Under the pieces are notes generated by a model. That model was given only the letters and a program-made list of their open reading frames with translations, was not told the DNA's origin and made no database searches. Shown here piece by piece: positions 20,901-34,609 of a DNA stretch of 64,000 nt. A program made the translations under genes and the position numbers. How positions within the stretch are numbered: the stretch's first letter is position 1; every line of letters begins with the position of its first letter. Source of the DNA: Eutreptiella sp. 'Long Island Sound 2002' (taxonomy: Eukaryota > Protista > Euglenida); the NCBI GenBank assembly GCA_964036045.1, contig OZ038378.1:22320001-22384000 (forward strand), given 5' to 3'.

Positions 20901-22184
20901 GGATGGACCCGTTGTAGGAAAATGGCCTAATCCACTGGAAGCGGTTGCCGCCCTGGAAGGGGGGGGCAGGGCCTTCCAGCCACATGTCCAGCAGGGCCAT
21001 CGAAGGAGACTTCGACGTGGACGAGGGTGCGAAACACATGAAAGCGCTGACACGGACTCTGGACACGAAGACGACAGATGACCCGAATTTGAGAAGCGAC
21101 CGACACCTCTCCTTCGACGAAACGGCGCAGGACCCAATCGGTCAGTTGTCGATGGAGCACCCCCTTTCGGGTGGTAATGCACGAGGGCATAAGGCGTATG
21201 TGCAGCCCGGGGGGTACGGCCCCAAGCACCGTGCCCAGGTCACGTCAGGCATGTGTGGCTGGCAGCCAAACCACGTCGACAGAACATCTGAAGGACTTGT
21301 TGGACAAAGCCCAAGGAGCTTCAGAACTGGGAGGCACAACAATGTCGGTGGCACATTGGATTGTGTGTTTGGCACTCTCCAGCACTCCGGGGGGTGCACG
21401 CACTTCCCGCACCAAGAAAAAAAGCATGGCAATGTTTCATTGGTGTTGTCTGTTTGGGGAGGAGCACGTGGGGCTGCCGGCGTTGCAGGCGCGTGCCGCA
21501 CATCTCGGACCGGTGGCGTAGAACATGGAGTTCTGTGTGGAACAGTGGTGCCCCGGCTCACATGCAGTCTTCCGCCTTTTCCTTGCTGGTTCTAGCACCC
21601 CCGGCGCCCTGAGAAGGACCTATGTCCGCGCTCAGCCTCTGGCACGCGTCGGAGCTGCAACTACCGCCGATTTTGTCACCCATGCGTGTGTCCCATGCTC
21701 GCCACCAGCGCCGCATATGTGCCCCAGCAGCATCAGTGTAACATCAGTATCACCACAGCCGTATGTGTAGCACAGCCGTGTCACATGGAACGGGCATTTG
21801 GTAAAACCTAGTATGCGCCGTGGTAAAACCTAGTAAAATGTAGTAAAACCTAGTAAAATGTAGTAAAACCTAGTAAAAAAAAATTTTTACTTTTTTTTCA
21901 AAAAAAAAAATTTTACTGGGTAAAAAAACCAAAATTTTTAACAAATTTTCCTTACTAGGTTACTAGGTAGTCACAAATTTGGACTCGAAATTGACCAAAA
22001 AACACAAAGTTTATGGGGGCGGGGGGTCAACGGTAGGTGGTATTTGTGTTTAAGGGCATGGCGCCCCCTGGTCGATTCCAGGCCACTTGTGTAAGTGGCG
22101 CCCCAACCGGGCCAAACCGTGTATTGCAAGGTCAGCAGAAACAAAATGAGGCTCAAGAAAAGAAGGAGCTTTTATATCATAGTG

Positions 22185-22230
<46 letters not shown>

Positions 22231-22282
22231 AAGGCTTCCATTCGAATCATGCTCAAATTGCGAGGTTGGAGGAACCTGGAGG

Positions 22283-22347
<65 letters not shown>

Positions 22348-25300
22348 TATATATGGCATAACCCGACACGCCCCCCACCCGGCCCCACCCGCCGGGCTTT
22401 GGTTGGGGCCAAGGAACCCCCCCCCCTATTTTTGGGTTGAGAAGTTCAAAAAAATAGGAATTAGAGTGATTGGAGACGGTGGTGGGCCGCTATGACCCTT
22501 CAAAGTTGCTAAAAATAGGCATTTCTTACCGAGTGACATCATCCCCAAAAATAGCCTCAAAATCCTAAAAATAGCCTTCTTCACGTCACAAAACCCACAA
22601 AACCCCTAGCCTATTGCCATCAATCCCTTCCATTGCATCCATTCATCACCCTTTTGCCCCACTAGGGGCAGGGGAAGGGGCACCTACACCTCAGCGTACC
22701 AATTTTCGAGCCAACCTTGCATATTTTGCTATTTTTAGTTCATTGGTTAGGACCCTATTTTTGGTATCTAAATCCTGAAATTGTGCCCTGCCGCTGTCTG
22801 AGATCACTCTAATTCCTCTTTTTTTGAATTTCTGGACCCAAAATAGGGGGGGGGTCCTTGACCCCTGCCTAACCCCGGCCGGTGGGTCCCTAGGGGGGGG
22901 GGGGGCGTGTCGGGTTATGCCATATGTATATATATATATACATATATGAGGTGCACACACGTGTGGTGCACACACGTGTGCTTTATATGAAGTCGCAAAA
23001 CACACGCTTGTAGATGAGGTCCGCCTTCTTATCTTTGTAGGTGGGTTGTCCTGAGAGAGGATTGTGCTTGCACATGTTGCGAAGCACATCCGTGGTCTTT
23101 GTATCCAACTCTTCAATCAATTTTTTGTCATACTGCAATTTACCAGAGGCATCTTTGGGGTAATTCTCTGAAAAAATTCTCTCAAAAAATTCCTTACCAC
23201 AGATCACCGGCTTTGGACGGATCTCATCTACAGAAGGCGGCTTGGCAACTAGAAGCCGGTCACCCAACGCGAATGCCAATACAGTGCATGCCAGTATGGC
23301 AGTAAATTGCACTCTCCAGTTGCGCAATGCCACACATATCTGAGAGGGACACAAAACGGAAGCATGCAGGGCACACTGATAAACTCCACATTGAGGGCAC
23401 GTGATGTGGGCTGTGTCGTTGAAAGAAAAAAAAAGCACCACGAACGGCTAGGTGAACAATAGGGCCCAGCATACATCCGTGCCAAGGCCCAACCGGGTGT
23501 GGTCTCAATAGGGGGGGCATGCGCAGAATCGCGATAGTGCAAAGCTGCCTGTGCAATCTCACGCAACAACCACAGTCTATCTTGTGGAAGTTGGATGCTA
23601 CCATTGACAACACGCCTAGACAAAAGGCAATGTAGCATCAGAAGGCAGGCAGGATGGCAGCTCACACCGTCTTTTTGATGTAGGAAGGTGGAGTAGAGGG
23701 GGGCTATAGCAAAAGCTACACTGCCAAACTCACCCAAAAACCTGTCCCACCTCTTCTGCGGCCTTGGCTCAATGCCTTCTTGTTCGGCAATGAGGTTGAC
23801 TATGGCCAACTCCTCGGTGTTTGCACCCATTATGTAGGGCTTGTTACACAGCGGATCGAACACGAGGCACAAGAAAGTGCGTGTTGGGGAAACCAACAAC
23901 AAGCGCAGCACCCAATGTTCATTGCGCACATCATATATTTGCGCCGCAAGCAAGGGAGGCACATAGACCATATCAATGGACGCTGCTTCCAAAGTACGCA
24001 GCGCCCATGACTCAGACAACACCTCCCTACGACCCCACGGCGCTAATGACACATTCCACAATGAGTCACGCACGACCCACACCACACCCATAACATCCCA
24101 TTCCGCACTCAAAGCTGTCCGAGTGAGCCACCAATAATACACAACAATCTCGGCACTATCTTTGCCGTAAGATTCTGAGTAAACACCCCAAGATGCCATC
24201 TCCACAAACAGGCCTCATATTAACCATTCCAGTATGTGACGGCTGGGTGGTATTAGAGCATGGGGGTGGGGGGACAGTCTCCCTGCGTTTTCGGGGGGGC
24301 CCAACATAGGGGAACAAAATCAGAACTGGGAGTCTCACCCCTACCTTCTCGGGGGCCCAAAAGAGGGCGGAAGTGCTACGTCACCCGTGCGTTCTCCGGG
24401 GTCCCCTACAGAAGGGAACGGAAACAAAAGTGGCCCACAAAAGGGCGGAAGTGCTACGTCACCCCTGCGTTCTCGCACAAGTGGGCGGAAGTGCTATGTA
24501 ACCCCTACCTTCTTGGGGGTCCCCGAAAAGGGGTTCAAAAGTGGCCCGCGCCAGGCTCCTTGAAAAAATCCCATAGTGGGGGTCCTTAAGGGCGGTCCTT
24601 AACAAAAAAAAATATTGGTCCTAAAGGACCACCTTGCCTCACCAAGCCAGTGGAAAAAAGCCCCTCACAGCAGAGGACAAGATCAGAAGTGGCCAACAAG
24701 TGGCCCGAAAGTTCTAAAGCCTAGTTCTTTTGTTTTTGGAGGTTCTGAAACATAGTAAAAAAAAAAACAACTTTTTTTTACTAGATTCTGAAACCTAGTA
24801 AAAACAAAAAAAATTTTCACTAGGTTCCCGATACCTAGTAAAACCTAGTGAACCTAGTAAACTGTTACCTAGTAAAAAAAAAATTTGGAAAAATTTTTTT
24901 ACTAGGTTTTACTACAGACCCACATGGAACGATGGGCCCTCTTGTACTCCAACACCATGTGCAGGCCAGAATGGAGCTTCACAAAATTGCAGCACAACTG
25001 GTGTGAGGCAAGTGCCATGCCACATGGACACACCGCTGAGGTACCACCCCACACATAGGCGCAAGGCAGATGACCTCCGTTCTATTCCAGCAAAGCCTCT
25101 AGAACCATGCACCCGCACCAATCTCAACGCCAACGCAATGCGCAGGCCCAGAATGGAGTTGCAGACAAATTTCAAAAAAATACCCTCAGCTCACGTCACA
25201 GAAGCTGACCTCCCCGGTTGACACACTGCTGAGGGGGCGGCTGCACAAAAAGAGACAATAGATGGGCCCAGGCAAATGATGAGCTCCTGATTGTTGCAGC

Positions 25301-27571
25301 AAAGCCACAAACTGTCTAGATCTCAACACAATGAACAAGCACCAATGTACTTGCACACAATTTGCACAGAAACCTGTTGCGTCACGTTGAGAAACTGCCA
25401 TCCCAGGAAGACAAATAGCCTGTGACAGACGGCCCAGACATCCCACTCCCTTACCTGGCCGCCAAGGTTCTGGAACCATGGACCTTTTGGCATGCCAATA
25501 CAATGCGTAGGCCTGAATGGGGCGACACGCCATTTTGCATGAAAATTTCTCTGGTCACATATTTCCTCGTGGCTATATTTTTTCTTTCGGGAGGGGGGAG
25601 GGAGGTGGACCACGGGTGCAAGTAGCTTTCTTAGCAGCAACGAGGATGAGGACCGGGGCCACTCTCAGCGACAAAGTAGTGCACAGAGTGTGCTTTGAAT
25701 CATCACCATCGCATGTTGGCACACCAGGTGATGAGCACCCCCAGCTCCACAGCCCCACAAAGGGGGCGAAGGTTCATGTGGGAACGGGTGCAGGGTGCGC
25801 ACCATTTGGGGCAGTTACACAGCTTTCACCCCCCCATTGGACCCTCACAGAAAGGTACTACACAGCAACGTTGGCACCCAGAAAACAGCCAGGTGATGGA
25901 TATCACATGAGTTTCTTGCAGTCCGAATTGAATGTGGATTGTACACAGCGAAAATGACTGATGTACAATCACCGCCTTCCCATTCACCTCATATTGTATG
26001 CATGGGTAATCACCAGGGTGTTGTGAGGGACCCAGAATAGTAGCAGGAATCTGCTCATTTGCACTGCTGCGGTTGTAGAAGACAGGGGTACCAGCTTGAA
26101 CCCAAGACAAAGACATTGTGTTGCCGAGCTATAGACCAAGGGATAGCATGTACAATGCAGTCCACAGGGCATGCAGGATGAAATGGGGCACCAGCTCAGC
26201 AACACGGCACCTCACTGGGTAACAACAAAGCAAAACAGTGGCGTCAGGTAAATTATCTAAATAAAGAAGATGCATGATGCGCATACGGTGCGTGCCGCTC
26301 CCCCCATGTTGCAGGAGGGGGGGGGTCAAAGAAAAGGAGACGACAACGTGGGTTTGGAGTAGGGAAAACACCGGTTTGTGACGCCGCCTGGAATCGCGGG
26401 TTGGTGACAGAGCTCTCGTGGCTCAAGCAAGGGCCACTGGCATTGAACCCGATGGTGCTGATGTTGCCGCCAATACTCAGGCTGTCGGTGGCCCATGGTT
26501 CAGGGCAAACTCGCATCAGGAGCCTGAAAATCAAAGTAGCAGCCACGGGGAGGCAACGGTCCGAGGGAAGCAGGGCACTGTGCCGGAGCCAAACAATCGA
26601 CATCATTAGGCCGCAAGAACCGCAACTTGCGTTCAGCGCACTGCCTTGTCTTTGTTTTCCTCCCCAAAAAAGGGTTGGCTGTCATGAATTGTCACTTCAG
26701 CTACCGCCAGGGCCCTCAGTTAAAGAACACGGACATATTTGGGACGGAAGCGCAGGCGGCTGACCACCAACAACGTCAGTTGACCGGCAACGGCCGTCGC
26801 CACCTCTCGAAAATGACGGCCTTTCGAAGGTACACACAGTCTACCTCCACGACCAACCTCCGTTTCTGGCGCTTGGCCGCGAAAGGACGTCCTCTGGGAG
26901 GCGGCTTCGTCCATTCGGGAGGTACCCTTCAGGGCATCCAAACAAAACGTCACTTTAAGGAGGGATTCCTTTTTGATAGTCCTTTGGCTTCAGGCTGAGT
27001 CTTCCCCACCCAAATCCCCACGCACATAGACGTGCGCGTGCGCGTGCGCGTGCACGCAAACCCACACGTTGGAGAACCACAAAACAAGAACGGAGCAAGA
27101 AAAGATGTTAAAAAACATGTGTAAGCCATGTCCGGAAGGGTTCTTCCGGCCCTCTGCAGGTCTGACCTGCGGGAAGCAGCAAGCCGTAAGCAACAGACAG
27201 CAGGTGACTGGTGCCCAGGGCCAGCTGCAACTTGGGTTTACCAAATTATCCCTCTCCATCAGCTAGCACCTTGGTGTGACGTCTCACTGTCATCGCTGAC
27301 TTCTATGGGAGGCCGGCCGCTGCACCAAGGGTCCAGTCACAGAACAGCAGGTCTCACAGGCCAGCACAGATCAGTCAGTGCAAGCAAGAGATGTATGTAT
27401 GCATGTATTGGATGCAACCATCCAACCGCGCCGAAACAAAGGCACAGTATCAGAGTACCTCAGTGTGGGAGCCCAGTCCTTCACCTACTGTATTAACGGG
27501 TTGGACCACCGCGCACCTCCTTGAGCAGTCACTGGTGCGGGCACACCCACACGCACGCACGCACACATACC

Positions 27572-27608
<37 letters not shown>

Positions 27609-30600
27609 ATAATGCACGAACACAATGAAGCGGAGGAGCAGTGGTATGCCCCTTAAAGTGCAGAGGCTGGAAGAGACACCGGAAGGGTCATGAGTCTGCA
27701 ACAGACTCAGCCACAAAATGTGGCACAAGAGGGGGAGTGCTCTGGCCACCCGGCAGATTTTCTGATGGCATTCCTCTCAACGTTCAAAAGAGGAAAACCC
27801 CAGAAGGCAGATTCCTCTGGCTCCCAGGGGTCCTCGTTCACTTTTCTCGCTGTTGCTCAGTGCCCCTGTTTTGTGCCCAGGCCTTTTTGGTGTGACTGGT
27901 GCCACTCTCTTGGGCCACTCTGCGTCATTGCTGCAATGCAGGTGTCTCTGGTGGACCCCCCCCCAAGCCAGTGCGATTGTGGGGGTGGGGCAGGACCCAG
28001 CAATGCATCAGAAGAGGGGCAGCCCCCCTCTTTTTGTCAGAGGGTGAGGAGTGAAATGCACACACAAAGCCCAGCGCCAAGTGTACACGTGCCCCGTTTC
28101 ACACACCTCCGAAGCACGTAGATTCGCTGGATCCGGGAGTCACCGAACCAGCACAACACGAACACCCGCAGGTCGTACTTGTGCACGACATCTGGCGACG
28201 CGCTGGACGCACACTCCTGAGCGGACACGGTGTCCGGGAGGACCTCGGGCTGGGCCATTGCAAAGAAGTACATCTCCGGAGGAACTCTGTCAAACTGTCG
28301 ATTGTCCACAAGAACACATTTTTTGAATTCGTTAGGGACCTGCGAAGGAGATGAGGGGCTTTGGCGGATCTGCTGCTGCAGCTTCCGACCACCATTTCAC
28401 AGTCAGTCATTTGAACAGGAAGACGTAGCATGAAAATCAACAAACACCCCAATCTTAACCACAAACCTGCAGCCCCCCGCCCCTCCAACACCCCCCCCCC
28501 CACACACACGTCCGCCACAAACAACCTCAACCCACACTTAACTCGCACACACATGGCACTGGACACTGGTTGCACTATCCGGTACCCAATCCACCTTTAT
28601 GGAATACCCTTTATGGAAAACATTCAAAACATTCATACACGGGGGAGATGACGAATTGCCCGTCCACATGGCAAAAACGTAATTCAGATATGGGGCTCGC
28701 CCCCCCCTCCAAGGTTGCATGCAATGCAGTAGTGCACACGTGTTGCAGGGCTGTGCAGAACAACGGCGTTGTCCAAGCAGCATTCGGTGTTGGTCGGCTC
28801 CTGATGCCACGGGCGCCTGCCAATCTGCAATTGCCTGTACGCCCCCCCCTCCCCCCCAAAATCACCCTTGGTCTCGAAGTGATTCCAAGCGGGTCCCATG
28901 CGCTGATGACCAAACCCATTCCAATTCGGTGCAGCAAATGACAAATCCTCTCACCATTGCTCCCCGTCATATCATCAGGCAACACCCGACCATCCGTGCA
29001 TCCAGACGGTACCCAATCGTGTGACCCCCCCCCCCCCCCCCTTCGTCCGTTCAAATTGCCATCGCTTGTTATGGCACACGGTTGCACTGGGGACACCGGT
29101 TTGATGGGCGAAAAGGCGCCAGGGTTCGTCGCAGTACATCCGCAGTCCCACTCCCGTTCCGCCCCACCCCACTATGACACAGCCCGTTGCTTTCAGAACG
29201 ACAAGGCTGTGCTGCATCCATTGGCGGGGGGGGCATTGCGGTTTTGTTCCAGCACCAAGGAGCAGAAGCAACAATTGTATGCAGAGGGTTATGGTTAGGG
29301 TTAGGTCTCTCATTCTCACCGATTGAACACAATTATCCCCCAAGGGTTTGAACATGCAACTAGAAATAAACTGAAAACAATCTTATTTCTAAAAAATCAT
29401 ACCAGTGAGTACACCCATGGGCACCAACTGGCGCAATTAATCAACCTTCATGGACACCCCACCCGCAGTGTGAGCCGGTGTCTGAAGGGGTGGAATTCGG
29501 GTTTGAAGGGGGTGGCATGACGCCTGAGTGCATTGCAGTCTAAAGCTGGCAGCGCCTATTGGCCTCTCGTCACCCGTGTCCTTTCCTTGAGCCCTTTGCC
29601 ACCGTCGGCAGCAGTGCCCTTGAGTGCCCTTGATCTCCCGGTCTGGCCTATCCTTACCTCCCTACACACCCTTCCTTTCCCTTGGTGGGTTGTGCCAACG
29701 TTGGGGGCTGGGGGGGGTCCCACCCCCCAAGCACAGAAATGAGGGGTAGAAATCCCATTCCTCATTCCTCATGACCACTGACCATGAAATATGATCCGAT
29801 CAGTAACCGAATTGCCCCTGGCCTGACTTGTGCTTCCTGTTGTCTGCCGCGGTGCTGAGGTGCACGAGAGGGCGCAGATCAGGGCCTCGGGGCGGTGATG
29901 CTCCTAGCGCGACCAGGGCCTACGTACATGCGACGAGGGCCAGCAGTGCCATTGAGCCACGGGGGGCATGTACGTGCATGGCTGAACCCCCCCCCCAGGG
30001 ATGTATTAGAAGGGGGGGATGGGGGGGGGGTCTGAAGGGGGGCTGGGGGGAGGGAGGTTTGGCTGGGACCCCACTCCTCCTAGGGTGTCCCAGTACTTTC
30101 AGTACTTTCATGATGAGCTGTGAAAAAATGGAGAAAAAGATTTTTTGACTCTGCGTAGGATCCCGTCGGGCTCTAGGGTGACAGTGCCAGGAATTGAATC
30201 ACCTCCGGAGCACTCGAATGTTCAGTGACCTACCACTGGGATACTGCTCAGCGATGGACATTCTGGCCAGAAAATTTTTTCCCAACAATTCCCCTCCTTT
30301 TGCCAACCAATCCTCATTCATAACACAATGCAAGAGGCTGGGTCCTCATTTAGCATCATTCTGGTTCATGCAGGTTCATGCACCTCCATTCAGGGTCCAC
30401 TCAGGTTCGCTCCGGGTCATTCACCTTTGGGTTAACTGTCATCAGAGCTCTCCTCAGAAGGCATATCACATTGTCCATTGGAGGAGCTAGAGTAATCTGT
30501 GCCACTGTATTGTTTGACAGAGGTTCGGGAATGGGGTCGAGAGCAGGGGGGGAGGGGTTTAAGGGGTATGATGGCCTGTGACTGACTGATGAACCGGGTG

Positions 30601-33600
30601 CCCAATAACCCAATAACAGGGGGACCCCAATTCCGTGCATTCAATTACGCATTAGAAGGGGAGGAGGGGGGGGGGTGTAAAAGGGGGGTAAAGGGGGGGG
30701 TTCCCCCCCCTCCTCCTCCGGTGTACGGCCGTTCTAATATGTGACTGCCCCCCCCCCCCCCCCCCAACCCCTGGCATATGCCAATGGAGAGGAGGAGTTT
30801 GTCTCAAGATCGGAGTGATGACTCTGATGGGGATGAGCCGCGTCAGCGTCCACTGCGCTGGGGCTCACGGGGGAGACGAGTCCAGTTGCATTCCCTAAAG
30901 GCCTGTGGCCAGCGGGTGGCACAGGGGCGAGGCCGGGGATGGCCGCACGCTCACAGGGCGCGTGCCAATACTTAGTGGCCGCTCAGTGGCACTTGACGTT
31001 GTGCATCTGGTGCAAACAAGGCACAGCACGGCGCTCCGTCCGAGGCTGAACCAAAGATCAAGCGTCGATTGGACGCTCCGTCTGCGGTGCACAGCACGCC
31101 CGCCCCCCCCACATGCCGAAAGCATTAGCAAGCACTCAGCTCTGCACCGGGGCCCATATCTGCCCGGCAGAAGGGGCGCTGGCACCCCAGCAGCGCCCGG
31201 AGTCCGAAACGCCTAGGGAAAGCTGTGGCACCATAGGGCCCAAGTGTGCACAGGGCATGAGCCAGATGCCTGTGTAGTCTGACCCACGTGCCGCCTTTCG
31301 CACACAACGCCCCATCCACAGTGCCGCTCCTGTCATCTGTTGAATCGTGGATTGTGCGGCTCAGTTATCATTTTGCCAGGGCCATCTATAAGGGAGAGGG
31401 GGGGAGGGGATACTCCTGTCAAACTGACAAAATAGAATGCTTACGGTTACGCTCCAACCGCCGTCGGTTACCGCCCAACGGGGCGCTGTTCATAACGGGG
31501 GGGGGGGGGGTCTCATCCTTACGGACGGCCCCAATAGAGGCGGTTCTGTTTGCTGTGCACTGTGGCATGAGGTGGCCGGGAATCTCTGTGCCGCACATTT
31601 GGGCTGCCTGAAGGTCTGCCGTACAGTGCTGCTGTCTCCAAATGGTTGACGCGGATGGGACTGTGTTATGCGGTCATTTGACGGGGGGGGGGGGGGGATC
31701 ACCCCAAAAGCCGGCCCATGAAGTTCCCAGCCATCTTGCTCTTAAAACTCCCAGTAAGGTTCCCAAAGAAAAATGGGAAAATAGGGGAAATGGGGGGAAA
31801 TGGGGGGAAATGAGGGCAAGTCGGGGGTAATGGGGGGAAATGGGGGGGGATGGGGAAAAGTGGGTAAAGATGCGTAAGAATGAGGGAAATTGGGGGAAAT
31901 TTAGAGAAATTGGAAGGGGGGAATAGGGGGAAATTACGTGTGCAACCCCAGATTAGGGTTAGGTCCCCAGCGTGGGTAGGGGCCGGGATGCCTATTAGCC
32001 ACTCAACCATCAGTGGGGGTATCATCCCCCACCACGAACTCATTGTCACCGGCGTTGCGTCCGCATTGCAGAAGAAGGACATGCAGCAAGACCACCTTTG
32101 TTCAAACCAAATTGCAATGTGCATTTTAGTCCACACAACTAATGTAAAATACCCTCGTAGTGTAGCAGCACTGCTGCTCGGTGAGTATCACTTTTCATAC
32201 TACATTGTCGCTCATCTCTAGCCCAATTTAGTGATGAGAAGCATGGTTCAACGTCACAAGAAGTGGCAGGGATAGCCAGGACAGGACCGATGAAAGCGCC
32301 ATTTCTGTGGGCTTCTTCTTTGCAAGACCAAAGTGGGTCATTTGCTTTGAGAGCCAACCAGCAGAAACCCAATTGTGCTCTTTGTCCCTGACGAACTTGA
32401 TGGGGATGCACAATGCACAATGCACACGATCCATGGTGCAATGAGATAGTCTTGTGGGGAAAGGGGGGTGAAGTAGGCAACGACACAACAATGGGGACAT
32501 ACATCAACCCAACCCCTGTTTTCCACATTAACTACACAATGGCACATGAGATGGGGACTCATTTGGACCTCTCTCATGGTGAGACGGGTACCTTTTTGAC
32601 CCCTCTCACGGTGAGACGGGTACCTATCTTGACCCCTCTCATGGTGAGATAGGTAATCATGTGGCATGGGGGTTCGGCAAAAGATTCAAATGGGAAATTG
32701 GGAACGCCCTCCGGAATCACTCTAAGTAGCCATATCTTGCTCTACACTTCAAGTATTGCGGTCATGTTTTTTGCAACTATGGCATTTGGTGCCAAGATGT
32801 TCCTCACCATAAAGCTCTCGGTGCCAATTTTTTATATCGGTGAACAACATGCTTTAGTGGATGGTCAGTCACCCCTCCCCCACCCCAAACATAATGGACA
32901 GCATGCTTCTGTGGATGGACACCCCCCCACCCTAAACCTGATTGACCGTGATAGACTGTGAGAACATGATCAGATGTCCATCTGCTTGCTGTTTTCTTGG
33001 TGCTCATGTTGTTATGCGGGGCCTTTCTTTGAGGGTCCGTTTTAGGGGCCGAAACCTCTCTACTTCCCCAAACAGGTGTGCACCATGCATGCACCCTGCG
33101 CATGCCACCCCTTACATCATGTCGCATTTTGTGCATTATTATCCTTGCACCTCAGCCATTTTTGAAATGCTTAGATTTGAGATCCACCCTCCTGCCCAGT
33201 GATGACAATCTGGGGAGGCCCGCTGTTATGTTGAATGGCTACTGTGTTCTTGTGGTATGAAAGAGCATTGTGGAGCGCCCACATGGTGGGACGACAGTGT
33301 GCACTTCCTTTGTTGCCTTCGTTTGTATGCGAAACACGGGATTTGCGCACGCCATGTGTGCAACACATACAACAGCCCCTTGGGGTTCAGTGGCTCGAGC
33401 CCCTGTCTCACTGCTGGGTGTTTGAACGCCTTGAACGCCTGTGGCATTTACCTCAGGTTGAGCCCTGCACCAAATTGCGCCTGTGTTAGATCAGGCCTGC
33501 CCTCTGCTTCGTAAATTCGCTAACTCTTAACTCACACTCTTAACTCACAGCCTCTCTGTTGTATGCATGCACGTTCACCAAATTGCTCGGTCAAATTTGC

Positions 33601-34609
33601 TACTGCCACAGATGTGATACAGATTCAGTGCACTGTCAAACCAAAGACATCCACAAGCCAGCAGACCCCCTTGTCTTTTTTTTTGTTTGATGATCACGGA
33701 TCTAACGTATCACATGTGGTCAGTCGTTAGATGGTATGGCACCCACCAACTCGTTGAAAAAAGCACAATCGCATGTGCACTGAGTATTCTCATGGCACTC
33801 CCCATCCAGGCTGTACAATAGACATGCACCCCAAAGGATGCGCTTTGGCACATGCACTGGGTCCTCGCGGTGACATCGAAACCAACATCTGAAACGTTCC
33901 CACAGCGACACACTCATCAGATTTGGGTCCGCGCCGATGAGATTATTTTGCCTATGTGGGTCCCTACTGGCCAATTTTTCCTCCCCTTGTGGTGCGCATT
34001 GGCCACACCCCACCCCCAACCCGTCAGACAAAAGTGGCTTTTGGGGGGTTTTCACACCATGTTTTCCCCATTTTCCCACATAAAAATCTCAATCCAACTC
34101 CTATTTTCCCCCCAGTTTTCCGGAATCGGCACCTTTTTGAGATAGCGTCCCGGTAAAGTCCTGAGATTGGGAACTTCACGGCCCTGAAAAACGACCACAA
34201 AACGCATAACTTCCGCATAAATCTGCAACCCCGACATTGGTCCAGCCTTTTGCATGGAATAAAGCGCTCTCCCACGCCGTTGGGAACCTCCATCCTTCAA
34301 CCTGGTGGCTCATTGAGCAGGCTGAGCTAGAAATAGCAGGAGAAAATGCGAGCAAACAGAGGCAAATGCCAACCCAACAACCTCCGACTCAAAGGGTATG
34401 TCGCACACACACTTTGTATCGAAGATAGCCCCAGCGGGTCAGCCGCTCCTGTAACTCTTTGCTGGTCTGCGCATTGCCCTTGGCCGTTGCCAGCTCCTTC
34501 TGATGCTCCAAAAAGGCGCGCATGCTCTCGTAATCCTCGAAGACCCGGACGCCCCATCCGCCGCCAACCTCCACCCACGACGGCTTGAGGTACCATCGCC
34601 TGCGGCACT
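17987..34609 (-). CDS. TTLL: Tubulin-tyrosine-ligase-like (TTL/TTLL) ATP-grasp protein, catalytic exons
   Basis: Phase-consistent exons: 34609-34413 ([16 protein letters not shown]), 28339-28107 ([10 protein letters not shown]...RIYVLR), 26523-26372 (LMRVCPEPW), 20448-20410 (IELM), 18775-18706 (GLDIL...YIIEINEHP) and 18101-17987 (stop). They reproduce the TTL motifs WILKP, KFDLR, FELFGxD and LExN in order. Confidence 0.85.
22188..22353 (+). repeat. Two (AT)n microsatellites
   Basis: 22188-22227 and 22287-22353. Confidence 0.95.
22354..22922. mobile_element. MITE with long terminal inverted repeats inserted in a (TA)n tract
   Basis: TA|TGGCATAACCCGACACGCCCC...GGGGCGTGTCGGGTTATGCCA|TA. Imperfect inverted symmetry extends further inward (e.g. 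AAAAAAATAGGAATTAGAGTGAT). Confidence 0.85.
22983..24205 (-). pseudogene. Transposon-type ORF: Ulp1/C48-like cysteine protease + Cys/His cluster + SAP-like domain, with one frameshift at a T9 run
   Basis: NEHWVL...VFDPL...HQKDGVSC gives a His-Asp-Cys triad order with the oxyanion Gln. After a -1 shift at 23426-23434 it continues CPQC..C..H...CP...C and then [36 protein letters not shown] (SAP-like). Confidence 0.6.
24260..24600 (+). repeat. Diverged copy of the 77/84-bp satellite family
   Basis: CACAAGTGGGCGGAAGTGCTA and AAAATCAGAA motifs. Further relatives at ~10370-10480, 13250-13610, 14690-14920 and 44300-44520. Confidence 0.8.
27575..27606 (+). repeat. (CA)n microsatellite
   Basis: Direct reading. 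Confidence 0.9.
31780..31930 (+). repeat. Degenerate (GGGGAAAT)n G-rich repeat
   Basis: AATAGGGGAAATGGGGGGAAATGGGGGGAAATG... Confidence 0.75.
32566..32652 (+). repeat. 32-33-bp minisatellite, ~2.7 copies
   Basis: Unit GACCCCTCTCAYGGTGAGACGGGTACCT...; each unit contains the hairpin TCTCA-NGG-TGAGA. Confidence 0.85.

Larger units (their letters stand above)
21801..24917. mobile_element. ~3.1-kb putative DNA transposon bracketed by inverted ACCTAGTAAAA foldback repeats
   Basis: TGTAGTAAAACCTAGTAAAA at 21839-21878 (twice) and its exact reverse complement at 24897-24916. It lies inside a TTL intron and contains a Ulp1/SAP ORF. Confidence 0.5.

Noticed and set aside
21040-21085. Peptide LDTKTTD shared with the SAP-like region at ~23100 on the opposite strand
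   Set aside because: The underlying DNA differs at several positions and the flanks are unrelated; most likely coincidence.
29285-29305. Interstitial telomeric TTAGGG repeat
   Set aside because: Only about three imperfect units; expected by chance.
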